64,000 bases of DNA from positions 150,350,001-150,414,000 of the forward strand of contig NC_083224.1 of assembly GCF_032191835.1 (NCBI RefSeq). The letters run 5' to 3'. The translations under genes were made by a program, and so were the position numbers. The notes below the pieces were generated by a model. It worked only from the letters and a program-made list of their open reading frames with translations, was not told the DNA's origin and did not search any database. This document shows, piece after piece, positions 24,311 through 34,009 of the stretch. Within the stretch, counting starts at the first letter, position 1; each line of letters begins with the position of its first letter. Origin of the DNA: Heteronotia binoei (Eukaryota).

Positions 24311-26367
24311 ACCATTCATTAAGATAATACACGTTATCTACATCTTCAGAGGGAAAAGTCCCATTTACAGTATAGTGAAATTTTAAATTGCAGAAGGCTG
24401 CACCTCCAGACCCATTTGTGAGGGGGGGAAATTAAGCATGATCTTAGCCATAGTACGCAGTCATATTGGTACACAGAGGCCAACAACGATGCTAAAATTA
24501 ACATGAGAATGGAGCAAACAGAGAAGGCTGGATACTGGGTATCCAGCAGAGATATCAGTACAAGGAACGTATCATCTTCTGCAGAAGGATTACTAGGCCC
24601 ATCTTTAATGTGCTATATAAATTCCATTCACTCCGCATGCCTTCCACATGGGAAACACTTTAAGCCAAAAGCCCATAGGTTCTAAAAGCCGTATAAACTG
24701 CAACTACATATTAACCTCTCCAAATTAAATCTAAGTTTCAGCACAGATGAACAAAAAGATTATGGAGTTCACTTAGTGAAACCTACAAGAACAGTCTGCA
24801 TAGCATCACCATTGAAGATGGATGTGGAGTATCACAAAAATCATGTTATAACAATACAAAAAATAGGAGGGAGGAAAATCTGGAAAAGAAGGGCTGTATT
24901 ACAGACAGAGAGGCGTATGGCCGTTATACAGAATTAGACAGAATTATGGACAGTTAAGTGGTAACCTCAAGCATATTGACATTTTCCAACTTATATTTCA
25001 TTTGAAGGGTGGTTAATTAGTCCATCGCAACAGATTGTTTACTGCACTGATAGGATCTTTAAAAATTTGTTTAAAATGTACATCCTTGCTCAGTGCATTA
25101 TGAAATTGCTTTTACATAACACCGTGACAGACTTAAAAGTGTTACAAGAGTGCTACTCTGAACAGGAGAAAGAAGAAACTGCCTGACTCAGGAAAAGAAA
25201 GGAAAAGAAAAAAAGAAAACTATAATGGTTTTTGTCAGTTCCAGAATACAATAAGAGGGGAAGAAATACTCCATGCAAACACAAAAGGATGGCATACAAA
25301 AGGTATCCTAGCACACCAAGATACTATCAATAGCACACTGTGGGGAAAGAGGAGGCAAATTAAATTTATTCCGATTAATGTGAACCAGGTGCTGCTTTTA
25401 AGAATAGCTGGATTTGTCCTAAACTCTTTGGGGCAGCTGTCCTCGGATCTCTAAACTCTGCTTGCAAGAAAAGTAGGGCTTGCAGATTTCATATTCTCAA
25501 ACGTATCTGGGGTTGCTATTCATGACAGCTCCCCATTCCATAAAAAAATCATTTTGATAATGTACTTGATGGATATGGAATTTGAAATCTGTCACCTATT
25601 AACATTGCAGTACCATCCAGCTTCCTCTCCCATCCACACCCGCAGCTCCTGAGGTGCCTGCTTGCTCTGCTACTTTGTTCTCATCATTAAAGTGTTTCTG
25701 GAAGAAGAACAGGACAGCCCCTCACCCTGTCAGTTGGTTTCTCATACTCAAAAGAAGAATAACAGGTACCAAGCAAAAACCACTTGTTTCTCTTAGATGT
25801 ACTACAAACACTAACACTATTTGCTGTTTGGACTAACAGGGGAAAGCACAGCGATCAGCAGGTACATCTTTAGATTTTCAGGGGTGCTGAAATCTATCAC
25901 TCAGAAAATCTGCATAAGAAAACACCCATGCGTTGTAGAAAAGCAAATATTTGCATTATTTTTTTAAAAAAAAGTGGAATTGGTGCAGGTGAACACCCTT
26001 GTGCACATAAATTTGATTTTTCTGCTCTCCCTGCCCATTTTTAATGTCTTCTCTCTTCTGCTAGCAACCACTGCTGGCAAATAAGACCATAGGGGTTTAT
26101 AGGACATCTCCTGTAATCCCAAAGCAAGGAAGAGGATTTCCTACATCTTTTCTCTCCCTTCCCCCTGCATCAGAAAAGACCATAATATTGAGTACATTTG
26201 TAGAGGAAAATAATAATAAGCTCCCCCCTTTTTTACAATCCAAATTTTAATTTAAAACTATTCAAGAACTAGAATGAAAACCAAGTCTGGAGCAGAAGCA
26301 ACTATATAGAATAGATGTTGACTCTAAGGCTATATGGTGAGATGAAAATGTTTTAAATAAATTAAAC

Positions 26368-26533
26368 TGGGGCTTTTTTTCTGCGGGAACACAGTGAAAC
26401 AGAGTTCCAAAGCCTCTTTCTGGAAACAAAATTATCAAAAAGTGTTTAAAAGTTCATGAGGAGTGCCTGTGTGTTTCTCCTTCATTTCCCTCTTGAGAGT
26501 TCCGGCACTTCTTTTTCCAGGAAAAAAGCCCTG
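26368..26533. mobile_element. hAT MITE with perfect 8-bp TSD
   Basis: ggggcttttttt ... aaaaaagccctg; TSD aattaaac at 26360-26367 and 26534-26541. Confidence 0.85.
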
Positions 26534-28528
26534 AATTAAACAAATAGATATACATAGAAATGGATATGCTCATTGTTTTTCTTTGTCAAAACAATGATGA
26601 CCAACATCCCCCTAGCATGCCTATGGTAGCTATATGTCATCTTCATTAAACTGTAGAGTACATTGTATTAAATTAGTGAAAAAGACAAAATACATTTGAA
26701 GGAGTTTAGAGTGTTTAGGTTAATGTTAATGTCTCTCTGGTGCTCAGCAAAGCCTTGAACAAACGCCTCAATAAGAAAAACAAGTTCTACCCAACCCTGT
26801 AAGAATTCCCAGGAAAGACAGATATTGCTGCAACAGTAAGCCGAGTTCAGTACACATTCAAACAGCTCAAACACATCCACCATATAAATGCTACCTCTGC
26901 ATATGCACAAATTGCATTAACCACATAAACTTTTCCTGACCCCATCGCTGAGTGCTGCTGGCTACTCAAGTCAGATGGTAAACAACAAGAATGAGATTAA
27001 CCAGTAAGAGACTCATTTTGGAAGTAGGTTGTGGCAGTTGAGAACAAGTTGAATTTGTTTGGCAGGCATGTTCATGGTATACATGGTATACATGTTCATG
27101 GTATACATATGCACCGCAACTATTTGAAATACTCAGGGACCTAAACATGAAACAAATGGGATTCCAAGCGGCCACTTGGAGTTAGCCATGTGGAGAATGC
27201 TCTATTGTGGATGGAGCACCAGGCTACCTCATTACAAAAGATGATGGAAATGTAATACTCCAGGTCAGGAGTGTTGAACTCATTTGTTATGAGGGCTGGA
27301 TCTGACATAAATGAGACCTTGTTGGATCGGGTCATGTGTGTCATAAAATGTAATGCCAGGTAGTGGAGATATAAACTTTATAAAGGACACAGATAAACCC
27401 AATTAAAGATATTTTAAAACTTAAAATAAAATATGCTTAAAAGATTAGCATTCTTGCAATATTTTGTTTATCCAACAGTTTCTGATAACTGAAACCTCTA
27501 GCTCTGAACTATTGCATCAAAATCTGAAAACAATTTCTGTGCTGTAGCAATCTTGAGTATGCCTTTCAGGTATTGTTCAAGTGTCTATCAGTTGCAAACC
27601 TACTTTTGATTTATTGACATTCATTACAGAAATCTCATGGTCAGTGTTTTGAGCCTAAGACCCAGGGAAAAACGTGAAATGGCTGGGCATTGTGAGCTTT
27701 TGTGCATAAATTGCTTCATGTGCTCGTCAGCCAATGGAGAATCTGGGGCTTGCAGCCTGCAGCGTAGCTGCTAGGCTGCTTTAGCCCGGTTTGCCTTCCT
27801 GGGAGGGAAGAGGCAGAGCTCGCCTGTTTGGACACGCAATATTGGGGGCGGGGTTTGGCCGTCTTAACGGCTAGCTCCCCGCTCCAGCCTGTCAGTCCTG
27901 GGAAGATCGAAGAAGAGCGAGAGCAGCACGTTGGTGTTTTTGGTCGCGTCGGGTTTTGTGGCGGCTGCTTCGTCGAGGGATTGCTGTGGACCTTTGCGAT
28001 CTGCTTGGCTGAGTTTGCCTGCATGACCCTTGGGCCGTTGTTGCTGCCTATTTTGTGTGGGAGCCTGGGGGTGGTCTTCCTTGTCCTTGCTTGGGGGTTG
28101 GGGGAGGCTTGAGTCCTGGGTGCTCAGTGGTGTTTGTGGCTGCCCTGGGGAGTTCTGCAGTTGCCGGGGGAGTCTGCTTTGCATTGGCCTGGGGTGCCTC
28201 TGTTGGGGGCTTGGGCTAACTGTGTTGGGGCCTGGGCTTTCATTGGGCGCCATTGTTGGGAGCCTGGGGGGTCTTCCTTTGTTCTGGTTTGTAGGTTGGG
28301 GGAGGCTTGAGTCCCAGGTGTGCTAGGTGGCTGGTGGCGGCCTTCTTTAAAAAAAAGGGGGGGAGTATACCTTTTTAGGTCCCCTGGCAAGGGAGTGATT
28401 GCTTTTGTAACAGGACTGCCATTGAAGGGGGGCATTTGTAGGCGGTCATTTTCAGGCCCTTCTTTGTCAAAAAGAGTTGTGATAACAGCAATAGAGCGGC
28501 CATTTTATAGTTCCTTTTCTCTGCTTCT

Positions 28529-29326
28529 TTGGGAGCTGGTTCAATACCAAACTGGGTATGGCCTAACGGGCAAGGTAATACCTGTGCTTACCCCGGCACA
28601 GGGCATCCTGGCTTGGCAGGTTCCCTTGTGGGTGCACCTTCCCCTTATGGGATGGTTCCTTTTACATCCTTGCCCTTTGGGGATGTTGCCTTGCCATTAG
28701 GGGACCACTTGCTTCCCGCAACCAGGGAGAAAATCTTGAAAGGGGAGTATGTGAACATTTTTTCTCTGCTTTTTCGAGAGTTGGAGAAAAAAGATAAGGA
28801 GGAGCTGGATGAGAAGGAGAAATTGAAAAAACGGAAAGTAGACAGGACCTGGGTGAATTGGCTGCCGGGGTTTTGTATTTATGCTGGGGTTATTGACTGG
28901 GCGCAGCTATGGCGGGCAGCTGCCCTTTTTCAATATTTAGATATAATTTATAAGGGATACATGGCATTTAGTGGCCCTGCCTGGTTGCAATATGATCAGG
29001 AGTTTCGGATGTGGGCTGCCTTGTATCCGTCACTTCCGTGGGATCGTATTCATCAGCAGCTGTGGCTGCAGGTTATGTCCCCGGCTAGCCCTAATTTGGG
29101 TGATCGCTCTGATAGTGGTCACCTGGTAAGTAGGTCAGTGACATCGGCTTCGGCTTCATCCAGCTCTCCCCGCGGTTCAGCGGGGCAGGCAGTTCAACCC
29201 CGCTTGCTCTGCTGGGAATTTGGCTCCTTGGGAGTGTGTAAGAGGAAGGCTTGCCAGTTCAAGCATGAATGCCCCATGTGTGGGGGGTCACACTCCTTTG
29301 ATAGCTGCCCCAGAGCGAGGGGATGA
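28529..29326 (+). CDS. Ngaro/DIRS gag-like ORF (true start uncertain)
   Basis: PLGDHL...KILKGEYVNIFSLL, WLQYDQEFR and C-terminal Cys/His knuckles (CWEFGSLGVCKRKACQFKHECPMCGGSHSFDSC). Confidence 0.8.
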   Translation: MGAGSIPNWVWPNGQGNTCAYPGTGHPGLAGSLVGAPSPYGMVPFTSLPFGDVALPLGDHLLPATREKILKGEYVNIFSLLFRELEKKDKEELDEKEKLKKRKVDRTWVNWLPGFCIYAGVIDWAQLWRAAALFQYLDIIYKGYMAFSGPAWLQYDQEFRMWAALYPSLPWDRIHQQLWLQVMSPASPNLGDRSDSGHLVSRSVTSASASSSSPRGSAGQAVQPRLLCWEFGSLGVCKRKACQFKHECPMCGGSHSFDSCPRARG

Positions 29327-30977
29327 AAAAATGCAAAGAAGCCTGTTGGGGGTGGTAGATCCTATCCAGCTAAGAAAGGGGCCCAGCTCGATAAGGGTTA
29401 GGCCCCTTGAGCGTTGGTTGTCAGGGTATCCTCGAAGGGCTGACAGTTTGTATTTGTTAGAGGGTTTTAAAGTTGGTTTTAGGATCCCTTTTCAGGGGCC
29501 TCGGGTTCCTTTTATGTCTGGGAACCTTAAGTCAGTTAAAGGTTTGGAACAGGTTGTTAGGGATAAGATTGCCAAGGAGTTGGCGGAGGGTAGGATCTTG
29601 GGCCCCTTTTCACATCCTCCAGTGGGTACTCTTAGGGTTTCGCCTTTGGGTGTGGTGCCAAAAAAGGCGCCTGGTGAATTTCGTTTGATTCACCATCTCT
29701 CCTTTCCCAGAGGAACGTCTGTGAATGATGGAATTCCTGAGCATTTATGCTCAGTTAGGTATACTAGCTTCGACCAGGCTGTAGCCGTGGTGCGACGCTG
29801 TGAGGTGGGCGCAGAGTTGGCAAAATGCGATAGTAAATCTACATTTCGCCTTCTACCAGTGCATCCTGATGATTTCGAGCTTTTGGGGTTTTCTTTTGAA
29901 GGCCAATTTTATATGGATAGAGCATTGCCAATGGGCTGCTCGGTATCAGGTTCCGCTTTTGAGTGCTTTAGCACATTTTTGGAATGGGCTCTGAGGGAGA
30001 AAGTAGGTTTACAGGATGTTGCTCATTATTTAGACGACTATCTTTTCGTGGGTCCCGAGGGGACCAGGCATTGTGGGCAGCTCCTGTCAGGCTTTACTGA
30101 GCTGGCGGCGGAGCTTGGGATCCCTTTGGCCCCTGAGATAACAGACGGTCCGGTTCAAAAACTGACCTTTTGGGGGATTGAGATTGATACTGTTGCACAG
30201 CTATCTAGGGTACCTTTTCAGAAGATAGTTGAATTGAGGGCTAGGATTTTTGCCTTTCTTCTTAAAAAGAAGGTTACCTTGCTGGAGTTGCAACAGCTGG
30301 TGGGGCACCTCAACTTTGTGTGCAAAGTGGTCGCTCCAGGGAGGGCTTTTCTCAGAAGGCTTTGTGATGCTATGGCAGGGTTACGCTTGCCTCAGCATAG
30401 AACATGGGTTACCTGCAGCATGAGGGATGATTTGAGGGTTTGGCAGGAATTTTTGGAGTCCTTCAATGGAGTCTCCTTTTGGAGAGAGGACATGAGGCTT
30501 GAAGCTGAGCTTCAAGTCATGTCTGATGCTGCAGGGTCTTTGGGTTTTGGAGTCTATTTCTGTGGACACTGGTATGCAGATAGTTGGCCTGACTCCTGGG
30601 TAAAGGTAGGTGTGAACCAAGATCTTACGTTTCTCGAGTTCTTTCCTATTCTAGTCATGGTTTGGCTGTGGGGGAAGGATATGGCCAATCACACTGTTCA
30701 TTTTTGGTGTGATAATATGGCAGTAGTTCATGTCATTAATTCCCTTTCATCCAAATCCCGGCGGGTTATTAGGTTGGTGAGGGCCTTCACTCTGCATTGT
30801 TTGCGGCTTAATATTTTGTTTTTGGGCAAACATGTTCCTGGGGTAACGGGGTGGCTGACTCTCTCTCGTAAACAGACAGAGAGGTTTCGTCAGCTGGCCC
30901 CAGATGCCAACAGAGACGCAGTGCCAATGCCCCAGGAGCTATGGCTGATTGGAGAGCTGAGGCCTACAGAACAATAG
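29220..30977 (+). CDS. Reverse transcriptase / RNase H of the YR retrotransposon (open, but with a compensated frameshift near the C terminus)
   Basis: SPLGVVPKK, FRLIHHLS, LPMG, HYLDD; RNase H motifs SDAAGSLGFG, LEFFPI and CDN. The final NGVADSLS motif lies in another frame at 30845-30868. Confidence 0.92.
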   Translation: MAPWECVRGRLASSSMNAPCVGGHTPLIAAPERGDEKMQRSLLGVVDPIQLRKGPSSIRVRPLERWLSGYPRRADSLYLLEGFKVGFRIPFQGPRVPFMSGNLKSVKGLEQVVRDKIAKELAEGRILGPFSHPPVGTLRVSPLGVVPKKAPGEFRLIHHLSFPRGTSVNDGIPEHLCSVRYTSFDQAVAVVRRCEVGAELAKCDSKSTFRLLPVHPDDFELLGFSFEGQFYMDRALPMGCSVSGSAFECFSTFLEWALREKVGLQDVAHYLDDYLFVGPEGTRHCGQLLSGFTELAAELGIPLAPEITDGPVQKLTFWGIEIDTVAQLSRVPFQKIVELRARIFAFLLKKKVTLLELQQLVGHLNFVCKVVAPGRAFLRRLCDAMAGLRLPQHRTWVTCSMRDDLRVWQEFLESFNGVSFWREDMRLEAELQVMSDAAGSLGFGVYFCGHWYADSWPDSWVKVGVNQDLTFLEFFPILVMVWLWGKDMANHTVHFWCDNMAVVHVINSLSSKSRRVIRLVRAFTLHCLRLNILFLGKHVPGVTGWLTLSRKQTERFRQLAPDANRDAVPMPQELWLIGELRPTEQ

Positions 30978-31858
30978 GCCTAGCCATTGCGCCCAGCACC
31001 AGGAAGACTTACGAACGGGCTGTGCGGCAGTTTGAAGACTGAGGTAGGGCTGAGGTAGGGTATCACATTGTTTGGCCCCTCCCGGTGGAGCAGTTGCTCC
31101 ACTACTGTGTTTCGCTTCGAGGTAAGGGATTGGCCATGTGATCCATTAGGGGGCGCCTGTCGGCATTGGATTTTGCCAGTAAGGCGCTGAATTATAGGGA
31201 GGAGACAGCTGACTTTCGGCTTCGAAAGATGCTGGAGGGGTGGACCAGAGAGGCCGGACCCAGAGTGGACACGCAGAACCCTATGTCTCCGTCGATTCTG
31301 CGGGGTTTGAGAGGGGTTTGGGACGCAGAGTGTGCTTCTTCTTTTGAAGCATGTTTGTTTCATGCTGCGTCCTTAGTGGCATTTTTTGAGGCCCTGAGAG
31401 TCAGTGAACTGGTGGCATAGTCCAGAAATGATGTTTCTGGTAAGGCTCTATTATTGAGGGATCTGAGGCTATCTGAGGGTAAGGCAGTGATTACTGTCCG
31501 TCGCTCTAAGATGGATCAGTTGCAGAAAGGTGTGGTACTTGAATTGGGTAGTTGTTCAGAGCTTGAGCTGTGTCCAGTTACTGCGTTGGCTGCTTATTTG
31601 GCAGTCTGGGGTCCCGATGATGGGTTTTTGTTTTGCCATCATGATGGTAGCCCAATGACGAAACATCCGTTTTGGACAGTGATGTCACAGACCTTAGGTG
31701 AACTGGGTTTGATGGGAGTGCGGTTTGGTACCCACTCCTTTAGGATTGGGGCAGCCTCAACGGCTGCCGCCATGGGGTATCCTTCCTCTTCTATTCAGCG
31801 CTTGGGCCATTGGCATTCATCGGCTTACAAGTCTTATATTCGACCGTTTCTTAGGTAG
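30941..31858 (+). pseudogene. Tyrosine recombinase ORF with three in-frame nonsense codons
   Basis: ATG at 30941 and a single frame through ALRVSEL, SKMDQ, HSFRIGAASTAA and LGHW.S.AYKSY; stops TGA 31040, TGA 31139, TAG 31418. Confidence 0.9.
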
Positions 31859-31915
31859 CTTGTTTATTGGTTGCTACTGGTTATGTGCCTGTTTAACTGT
31901 GTTTGTTCTCTTTAG

Positions 31916-32491
31916 AAGCTGTTGTTCCTGGCCAGAGGAGCCGAGTTCTCGTCTGTGGCCATAGCCACGTGTTTTGGGCCACTCACCAGGCACAGAGAAC
32001 TTTGGTCAGCTCTCAGCTGGGACTCAGCCAACATGTTTGTATTGAATGGCGGGGGCGCTGGGGCCTTCAGTGGCCGGGCCTGCTGCCTTTGTTATTTCAA
32101 AATAGTCCGGGTCCTCCTCCTCAGGTTTTAATTCTTCACCTGGGAAGCAATGATCTGAGGCTTTTAAAAAGCAAGGCCTTAGTTTGGCAGGCCCATGACA
32201 ACTTTCAGCACATTAGGGACCATCATAATGTGGTCAGCCATGCTGCCCCGCCGGGTTTGGTGTTGTGCTTGGGACCCTGCAGCTATTGAGAGGGCCTAGT
32301 ACAAGGCAAATAAGGAGATTAAAAAGGTGTTAGAAGCGGGGTTGGGCCACTATTTGCCCCATCCGGACATTTTTTTGAAATTTCCTGACCTCTACAGAGG
32401 CGATGGGGTGCATCTCTCGGAAAAGGGTAACATACTTTTCCTGAGAGATTTGCAGCAAGGGCTGTGGGTGGCTTTGGGCAGTGGGCGCTAA
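31916..32491 (+). pseudogene. SGNH/GDSL hydrolase ORF of the Ngaro element (one frameshift, one stop)
   Basis: Block I VLVCGHS, block II GRWGLQW, block III LHLGSND and block V DGVHL (32402-32416). Frameshift near 32220, TAG near 32298, terminal TAA at 32489-32491. Confidence 0.85.
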
Positions 32492-33438
32492 GCCCTAAGT
32501 AGAGACTTGGCCTTAGTAGTGGCAGGTTTGGGGGGTTTAGGGCACTATGCGGCTACAGGAGGACTGTGAAGCATCCCCCTTTTGGGGAATTAGGGGTCTG
32601 GTATGATCAACCTTGAGGTTTGGAGACCTGGGTTTGGAGAATGCAGGCCGCCCTGGAGGCTCAGCTAGAGGGTGCCTTTCCGTCGAGACGTGCGTCTGGG
32701 TCTGGGCCCTCTGGTGCATGCCTCCCTGCTTGGCCTGCCTGGAGGGAGCTGTGTCACTCAACTCTGGCTGGGGGGCTGGGTCTCTCGCCCACTAATGGCA
32801 GGGAAGTGGTCACGGTGACCCCTAGCCATGGCCAGGCCGCTGGTGGGGTGCCCTTGCCGTTTATTTGATATTTAATAAAGTGGCCCAATTTTATTCCAAT
32901 GCATTGTGTCTGACTCTTTATTCCAACCTTGGGGGGCAAAATAGAGGCTTTGCTCTGTAGCTCCTGTGCAACTGAGCAAGCCTGCCAAAGCAAGCTGTGA
33001 TGCAGAAGGAAGCAAGAGAGAGAGAAGGAAGCAGATGACAGTGAGTTGCTTGCGAGCCTGATAGGAGCCCTTCAAGGGTCAGATCCAGCCCTTGGGCCAC
33101 ATGTTTGACACCCCTCCTCTAGGTCAATGAGAAGTTATTATCAACAGTGTGAAGGGGATGAGATCACACCCACAGGCCCTGTTCCTAGGTGCATTCAATG
33201 TAACAAGCAAACAAAAACCTATGTGTGTGTAACATGAGAAGTTTGGAATAGAGCCAGTAGGTATAATCCCATTCCCACAACACACGTCTTTAGCATCCAT
33301 AGAGAGTAACTAATTTATTCTCCTTTTGTTGGGAAGCAAATCCAAAGTTTCCCAAAAGAGAGAGCAAGAGAAAGAGTGAAACTTGTTTTACCAAACACAG
33401 TACTGAAGCAGGAAAGTTAACATCTGTGTACTCCCAGG

Positions 33439-33632
33439 CAATACTCTCTCTAAACTGTGGAGTCTTGTGAGTAAAAATTCTACTTTGTGAGCTCCTGGCA
33501 TTAAAGATGTAAGATACTGCATAAATTAGTTTCCTCTGGGGCCATCCTTCCTGAGCTAAGACAAAAATGTGTGACCCAGAAGTGAAACAACTGTGAGCTA
33601 GCTCACACTAACTCAGCTTAGAGGGAACACTG
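33439..33632 (-). mobile_element. 194-bp hAT MITE (cagtgttccctcta TIR)
   Basis: Inverted copy of 57516-57709; TSD ctcccagg / ttcccagg. Confidence 0.85.
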
Positions 33633-33759
33633 TTCCCAGGCTACAAGGGCTTTTTCATACTGTCTGAAAAGCTATCATCAGTATACAGATTTAGCAAGGC
33701 AGAATTTCATGAAGGATTTCATGTGCACTATGAATAGCTATTCAGTGCCAGGATTTAGC

Positions 33760-33928
33760 CTTTAAATAAGGATTCAGAGGTTCCTGACCTCTGAATCCCA
33801 GAGCCAGGAGGCAACACCAAGGGAAAGCCTCAGCCTCTATGCCCCATTGTTGGCCATCCAGAGGAACTAGTTGCCTACTGTGTGAGACAGGATGCTGGAC
33901 TAGATGAACCATTGGTCTGATCTAGCAT
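33760..33928 (+). mobile_element. CR1 LINE 3' end fragment
   Basis: ccagaggaactagttgcctactgtgtgagacaggatgctggactagatgaaccattggtctgatc, a typical reptile CR1 3' UTR (recalled). Confidence 0.65.
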
Positions 33929-34009
33929 ACTATACAACATATATCTTCTAACTCTTGCACCCACACCTACCACCCTTCCACCCATCCATACAAGGAGCTT
34001 AAAGGGTAT

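Larger units (their letters stand above)
27742..32937 (+). mobile_element. DIRS-order tyrosine-recombinase retrotransposon, Ngaro-like, with SGNH hydrolase ORF; inactivated
   Basis: ORF order gag - RT/RNase H - YR - SGNH; G/T-rich sense strand; GC box at 27844-27853; AATAAA at 32874; no TSD; ends defined by rejoining the host MITE. Confidence 0.93.
27266..33116 (-). mobile_element. hAT MITE (family of 10594) interrupted by the YR retrotransposon
   Basis: TIRs caggagtgttgaac (27266) and tttgacacccctc (33116); TSD ctccaggt / ctctaggt. The two halves, 27266-27741 and 32938-33116, match in-window paralogues. Confidence 0.88.

Noticed and set aside
30870-30977. DNA N6-adenine methyltransferase domain after RNase H (DIRS1-type)
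   Set aside because: The ORF ends about 35 codons after the RNase H motif with no room or motif for it, which supports Ngaro rather than DIRS1.
30980-31363. 127-aa antisense ORF within the YR region
   Set aside because: Shadow frame of a coding sequence, with no motif.
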